Program-made: the position numbers and the translations under genes
In this document: piece after piece, positions 58,590 to 64,000 of the stretch
Layout of the letters: the number at the start of each line of letters is the position of its first letter
How positions within the stretch are numbered: the first letter of the stretch is position 1
Source: the human T2T-CHM13v2.0 reference genome, Homo sapiens
NCBI RefSeq assembly: GCF_009914755.1
Contig: NC_060933.1
Reading direction: 5' to 3' (one strand)
DNA: 64,000 nt
The notes under the pieces: generated by a model
What the model was told of the DNA's origin: nothing
The model's database searches: none
What the model saw: the letters and a program-made list of their open reading frames with translations, nothing else

Positions 58590-61500
58590 AATGGAGTGGA
58601 ATGGTATGGAATGGAATGGAATGGTACGGAATAGAATGGAATGGAACGAATTGTAATGGAATGGAATTGAATGGAATTGAATGGAATGGAATGGAATCAA
58701 CGCGAGTGCAGGGGAATGTAATGGAACGGAATGCAATGGAATGGAATCATCCGGAATGAATGGAATGGAATGGAATGGAATGGAATCAACCCGAGTGCAA
58801 TGGAATGGAGTGGAATGGAATGGAATGGAATGGAAGAACCCGAATGGAATGGAATGTAATGGAGAGTAAGGGAGTTGAATAGAATCAATCCGAATGTAAT
58901 GCAATGGAAAGCAACGGAATGGAATGGAATAGAATGGAATGGAATGGAATAGAATGGAATGTAATGGAATGGAATGGAATGCAATGGAATGGAATCAACC
59001 CGAGTACAATGGAATGGAATGGAATGGAATGGAATGGAATGGAATGGAATGGAATGGAATCAACGCGACTGCAGGGGAATGGAATGGAACGGAATGCAAT
59101 GGAATGGAATCATCCGGAATGGAATGGAATGGAATGGAAAGGAATGGAATGGAATCAACCCCAGTGCAATGGAATGGAGTGGAATGGAATGGAATGGAAT
59201 GGAACAACCCGAATGGAATGTAATGTAATGGAGTGTAAGGGAATTGAATAGAATGAATCCGAATGGAATGGAATGGAATGGAAAGGAATGGAATGGAATG
59301 AAATGGAATGCAATGGAATGGAATGCAATGCCATGGAATCAACACGAGTGCAAACGAATGGAATCGAATGGAATGGAATGCAATGGAATGGATTCATCTT
59401 GAATGGAATGGAAAGAATGGAATCAACACGAGTGGAATGGCATGGATTGGAATGGAATGGAATGGAATCAACCCGAGTACAGGGGAAAGGAATGGAATGG
59501 AATGGAATGGAATGGAATGGAATCAACTCGATTGCAATCGAATGGAATGGAATGGAATTAACCCGAATAGAGTGGAATGGAATGGAATGGAATGGAACGG
59601 AACGGAATGGAATGGAATGGAATGGAATGGAATGAAATGGAACGGAACGGAACGGAACGGAATGGAATGGAATGGAATGGAATGGAATGGAATCAACGCG
59701 AGTGCAGGGGAATGGAATGGAATGGAATGCAATGGAATGGAACCTTCCGGAATGGAATGGAATGGAATGGAATGGAATGGAATGAAATGCAATAGATTCA
59801 ACTCGATTGCAATGGAATGGAATAGAATGGAATGGAATGCAATGGAATGGAATGGAATGGAATTAACCCGAATAGAATGGAATGGAATGGAATGGAACGG
59901 AATGGAACGGAATGGAATGGAATGGAATGGAATGGAATGGTATGGAATGGAATGGAATGGAATGGAATGGAATGGAACAACCCGAATGGAATGGAATGTA
60001 ATGAAGAGTAAGGGATTTGAATACAATCAATCCGAATGACATGGAATGGAATGCAACGGAATGGAATGGAATGGAATGCAATGGAATTGAATCAACCCGA
60101 GTACAATGGAATGGAATGGAATGGAATGGAATGGAATGGAATGGAATGGAATTGAATGGAATGGAATGTCTTCAAACCGAATGGAATGGAAAGCAATGGA
60201 ATCAACACGAGTGGAATGGAATGGAATGGAATGGAATGGAATGGAATGGAATGGTACGGAATAGAATGGAATGGAACGAAATGGAATGGAATGGAATGGA
60301 ATGGAATGGAATGGAATGGAATGGAATCGTTCCGAGTGGAATAGGAGGGAATGTATTCGAGTGGAATGGAAAGGAATGGAATCAACCAGAGTGGAATGGA
60401 AGGGAATGGAATGGAATGGAAACTAATAGAATGGAATCAACCCGAGTGGAATGGAATGGAAAGCACTGGAATGGAATGGAATGGAATGGAATCAACTCGA
60501 TTGTAATGGAATGGAATGGAATGGAATGGAATGGAAAGGAATGCAATGGAATCAACCCGAATACAATGGAATGGAATGGAATGCAATGGAATGGAGTGGA
60601 ATGGAATGGAATCAACCCGAGTGCAGGGGAATGGAATGGAATGGAATGCAATGGAAAGGAATCATCCGGAATGGAATGGAATGGAATGGAATGCAAAGCA
60701 ATGGAATCAACTCGATTGCAATGGAATGGAATGGAATGGAAAGGAATAGAATGGAATCAACCCGAGTGGAATGGAATGGAAAGGACTGGAATTGAGTGAA
60801 ATGGAATGCAATGGAATGGAATCAACTCGATTGGAATGGAATGGAATGGAATGGAATGTTATGGAATGGAATTAACCCGAATAGAATGGAATGGAATGGA
60901 GTGGAATGGAATGGAATGGAATTAACCCGAATAGAATAGAATGGAACGGAATGGAACGTAATGTAATGTAATGGAATGGAATGGAATCCATCCGAGTGCA
61001 GGGGAATGGAATGGAATGGAATGCAATGGAATGGAATCATCCGGAATGGAATGGAATGGAATGGAATGGAATGGAATCAACTCGATTTCAATGGACTGGA
61101 ATGGAATAGAATGGAATGGAATTAACACGAATAGAATGGAATGGAATGGAATGGAACAGAATGGAACGGAATGGAATGGAATGGAATGGAATGGAATGGT
61201 ATGGAATGGAATGAAATGGAATGGAATTAACCCGAATAGAATGGAATGGAATGGAATGGAATGGAACTGAATGGATTGGAATGGAATGGAATGGAATAGA
61301 ATGGAATGGAATTAACCCGAATAGAATGGAATGGAATGGAATGGAACGGAACGGAATTGAATGGAATGGAATGGAATGGAATGGAATGGAATGGAATCAA
61401 CCCGACTTCAGGGGAATGGAATGGAATGGAATGGAATCAACGTGAGTGCAGGGGAATGGAATGGAATGGAATGCAATGGAGTGGAATCTTCCGGAATGGA

Positions 61501-64000
61501 ATGGAAAGGAATGGAATGGAATGGAACGGAATGGAATGGTATGTAATGGAATGGAATGGTACGGAATAGAATGGAATGGAACGAATTGTAATGGAATGGA
61601 ATTGAATGGAATGGAATGGAATGGAATGGAATCAACACGAGTGCAGGGGAATGTAATGGAACGGAATGCAATGGAATGGAATCATCCGGAATGAATGGAA
61701 TGGAATGGAATGGAATGGAATCAACCCGAGTGCAATGGAATGGAGTGGAATGGAATGGAATGGAATGGAAGAACCCGAATGGAATGGAATGTAATGGAGA
61801 GTAAGGGAGTTGAATAGAATCAATCCGAATGTAATGGAATGGAAAGCAACGGAATGGAATGGAATAGAATGGAATGGAATGGAATGGAATGGAATGCAAT
61901 GGAATGGAATCAACCCGAGTACAATGGAATGGAATGGAATGGAATGGAATGGAATGGAATGGAATGGAATGGAATCAACGCGACTGCAGGGGAATGGAAT
62001 GGAACGGAATGCAATGGAATGGAATCATCCGGAATGGAATGGAATGGAATGGAAAGGAATGGAATGGAATCAACCCCAGTGCAATGGAATGGAGTGGAAT
62101 GGAATGGAATGGAATGGAACAACCCGAATGGAATGTAATGTAATGGAGTGTAAGGGAATTGAATAGAATGAATCCGAATGGAATGGAATGGAATGGAAAT
62201 GAATGGAATGGAATGAAATGGAATGCAATGGAATGGAATGAAATGGAATGCAATGGAATGGAATGCAATGCCATGGAATCAACACGAGTGCAAACGAATG
62301 GAATCGAATGGAATGGAATGCAATGGAATGGATTCATCTTGAATGGAATGGAAAGAATGGAATCAACACGAGTGGAATGGCATGGATTGGAATGGAATGG
62401 AATGGAATCAACCCGAGTACAGGGGAAATGAATGGAATGGAATGGAATGGAATGGAATGGAATCAACTCGATTGCAATCGAATGGAATGGAATGGAATTA
62501 ACCCGAATAGAGTGGAATGGAATGGAATGGAATGGAACGGAACGGAATGGAATGGAATGGAATGGAATGAAATGGAACGGAACGGAATGGAACGGAATGG
62601 AATGGAATGGAATGGAATGGAATGGAATCAACGCGAGTGCAGGGGAATGGAATGGAATGGAATGCAATGGAATGGAATCTTCCGGAATGGAATGGAATGG
62701 AATGGAATGGAATGAAATGCAATGGATTCAACTCGATTGCAATGGAATGGAATAGAATGGAATGGAATGGAATGGAATGGAATGGAATGGAATTAACCCG
62801 AATAGAATGGAATGGAACGGAATGGAACGGAATGGAACGGAATGGAATGGAATGGAATGGAATGGAATGGTATGGAATGGAATGGAATGGAATGGAATGG
62901 AATGGAATGAAATGGAATGGAACAACCCGAATGGAATGGAATGTAATGAAGAGTAAGGGATTTGAATACAATCAATCCGAATGAAATGGAATGGAATGCA
63001 ACGGAATGGAATGGAATGGAATGCAATGGAATTGAATCAACCCGAGTACAATGGAATGGAATGGAATGGAATGGAATGGAATGGAATGGAATGGAATGGA
63101 ATGCCTTCAAACCGAATGGAATGGAAAGCAATGGAATCAACACGAGTGGAATGGAATGGAATGGAATGGAATGGAATGGAATGGTACGGAATAGAATGGA
63201 ATAGAACGAAATGGAATGGAATGGAATGGAATGGAATGGAATGGAATGGAATGGAATGGAATGGAATCGTTCCGAGTGGAATAGGAGGGAATGTATTCGA
63301 GTGGAATGGAAAGGAATGGAATCAACCAGAGTGGAATGGAAGGGAATGGAATAGAATGGAAACTAATAGAATGGAATCAACCCGAGTGGAATGGAATGGA
63401 AAGCACTGGAATGGAATGCAATGGAATGGAATCAACTCGATTGTAATGGAATGGAATGGAATGGAATGGAATGGAAAGGAATGCAATGGAATCAACCCGA
63501 ATACAATGGAATGGAATGGAATGCAATGGAATGGAGTGGAATGGAATGGAATCAACCCGAGTGCAGGGGAATGGAATGGAATGGAATGCAATGGAAAGGA
63601 ATCATCCGGAATGGAATGGAATGGAATGGAATGCAAAGCAATGGAATCAACTCGATTGCAATGGAATGGAATGGAATGGAAAGAAATAGAATGGAATCAA
63701 CCCGAGTGGAATGGAATGGAAAGGACTGGAATTGAGTGAAATGGAATGGAATGGAATGGAATCAACTCGATTGGAATGGAATGGAATGGAATGGAATGTT
63801 ATGGAATGGAATTAACCCGAATAGAATGGAATGGAATGGAGTGGAATTAAATGGAATGGAATTAACCCGAATAGAATAGAATGGAACGGAATGGAACGTA
63901 ATGTAATGTAATGGAATGGAATGGAATCCATCCGAGTGCAGGGGAATGGAATGGAATGGAATGCAATGGAATGGAATCATCCGGAATGGAATGGAATGGA
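58590..64000 (+). repeat. ~2940 bp tandem unit; the second copy is truncated by the window end
   Basis: Offsets of 2935-2940: 58681/61616, 59308/62248, 60382/63322, 60822/63762; TCGTTCCGAG landmark at 60327 and 63267. Confidence 0.88.

Larger units (their letters stand above)
39977..60900 (+). repeat. ~7815 bp tandem duplication (first copy ~39977-47800); the second copy is lengthened by the 5.28 kb duplication
   Basis: Offset is 7815 for 40025/47840, 40450/48265 and 41621/49436, and 13087-13092 (about 7815+5277) for 45319/58406, 46221/59308 and 47290/60382. Variants GCAAAGG, GGACAGG and CCGTAAAGG are shared by the 41.6-42.0, 49.4-49.9 and 54.7-55.1 kb copies but not the 33 or 37 kb copies. 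Confidence 0.85.
1..64000 (+). repeat. Classical satellite III (HSat3) array: (GGAAT)n with interspersed CAAC(C/A/G)CGAGT and related 10-mers; pericentromeric heterochromatin of human or great-ape type
   Basis: Seen: GGAAT pentamer runs from base 1 to 64000 in one orientation, interrupted every ~40-150 bp by CAACCCGAGT, CAACTCGATT, TAACCCGAAT, CAACGCGAGT and CATCCGGAAT. Established: (GGAAT)nCAAC(C/A)CGAGT is the classical SatIII signature. HSat2 would instead be dominated by a CATTCGATTC-type ~23-26 bp unit, which is not seen. Confidence 0.98.
32600..64000 (+). repeat. HSat3 domain 3: homogeneous array with ~3.75 and ~4.22 kb units plus nested duplications
   Basis: ORF offsets 3738 (33656/37394), 3768 (35638/39406), 4227 (37394/41621) and 4217 (39487/43704). 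Domain markers include GCCATGGAATCAACACGAGTGCAAACG, CCCGACTTCAGGGG, CAACGTGAGT and CATCCGGAATGAAT. Confidence 0.88.

Noticed and set aside
1-64000. CRISPR-like alternation of constant nodes and spacers
   Set aside because: The apparent spacers are GGAAT runs, not unique sequence. There is no 23-50 bp direct repeat with unique spacers, no leader and no cas genes.
1-64000. Assignment to a specific chromosome or HSat3 subfamily (e.g. 9q12), or to HSat2, alpha satellite, DYZ1 or a telomeric repeat
   Set aside because: The node motif is compatible with chromosome 9-type SatIII but is not diagnostic without k-mer comparison. There is no 171 bp monomer, no TTAGGG, no HSat2 unit and no regular 3.5 kb period.
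1-64000. EWS-FLI1-type (GGAA)n microsatellite enhancer
   Set aside because: The period here is 5 bp (GGAAT). No tandem GGAA tetramer runs were seen.
1-64000. Strand inversion or Alu/L1 insertion
   Set aside because: I saw no ATTCC runs on the + strand, no poly-A tail and no non-satellite segment anywhere in the window.

Overview
The whole 64 kb window is primate (most likely human) classical satellite III (HSat3). It is a (GGAAT)n array on the + strand, punctuated by CAAC(C/A/G)CGAGT-type 10-mers. I saw no inversion, transposon insertion or unique sequence, and no real gene. Every ORF in the track (MEWNG-like on +, IPFHS-like on -) is a translation artefact of the pentamer. I found no novel coding system; the real information is in the array architecture. 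There are three domains: a homogeneous domain with ~2.9-3.1 kb units and an almost perfect 8064 bp tandem duplication (1-20941), an older diverged domain (~20942-32600), and a second homogeneous domain with nested 7.8 kb, 5.28 kb, 2.94 kb and 773 bp duplications (~32600-64000). The three largest duplication junctions all lie in pure GGAAT runs. About 45 perfect heat-shock elements (nGAAnnTTCnnGAAn) and a recurrent 14 bp perfect palindrome are concentrated in the two homogeneous domains. All counts and offsets were read by eye from the sequence and ORF track and should be confirmed computationally.
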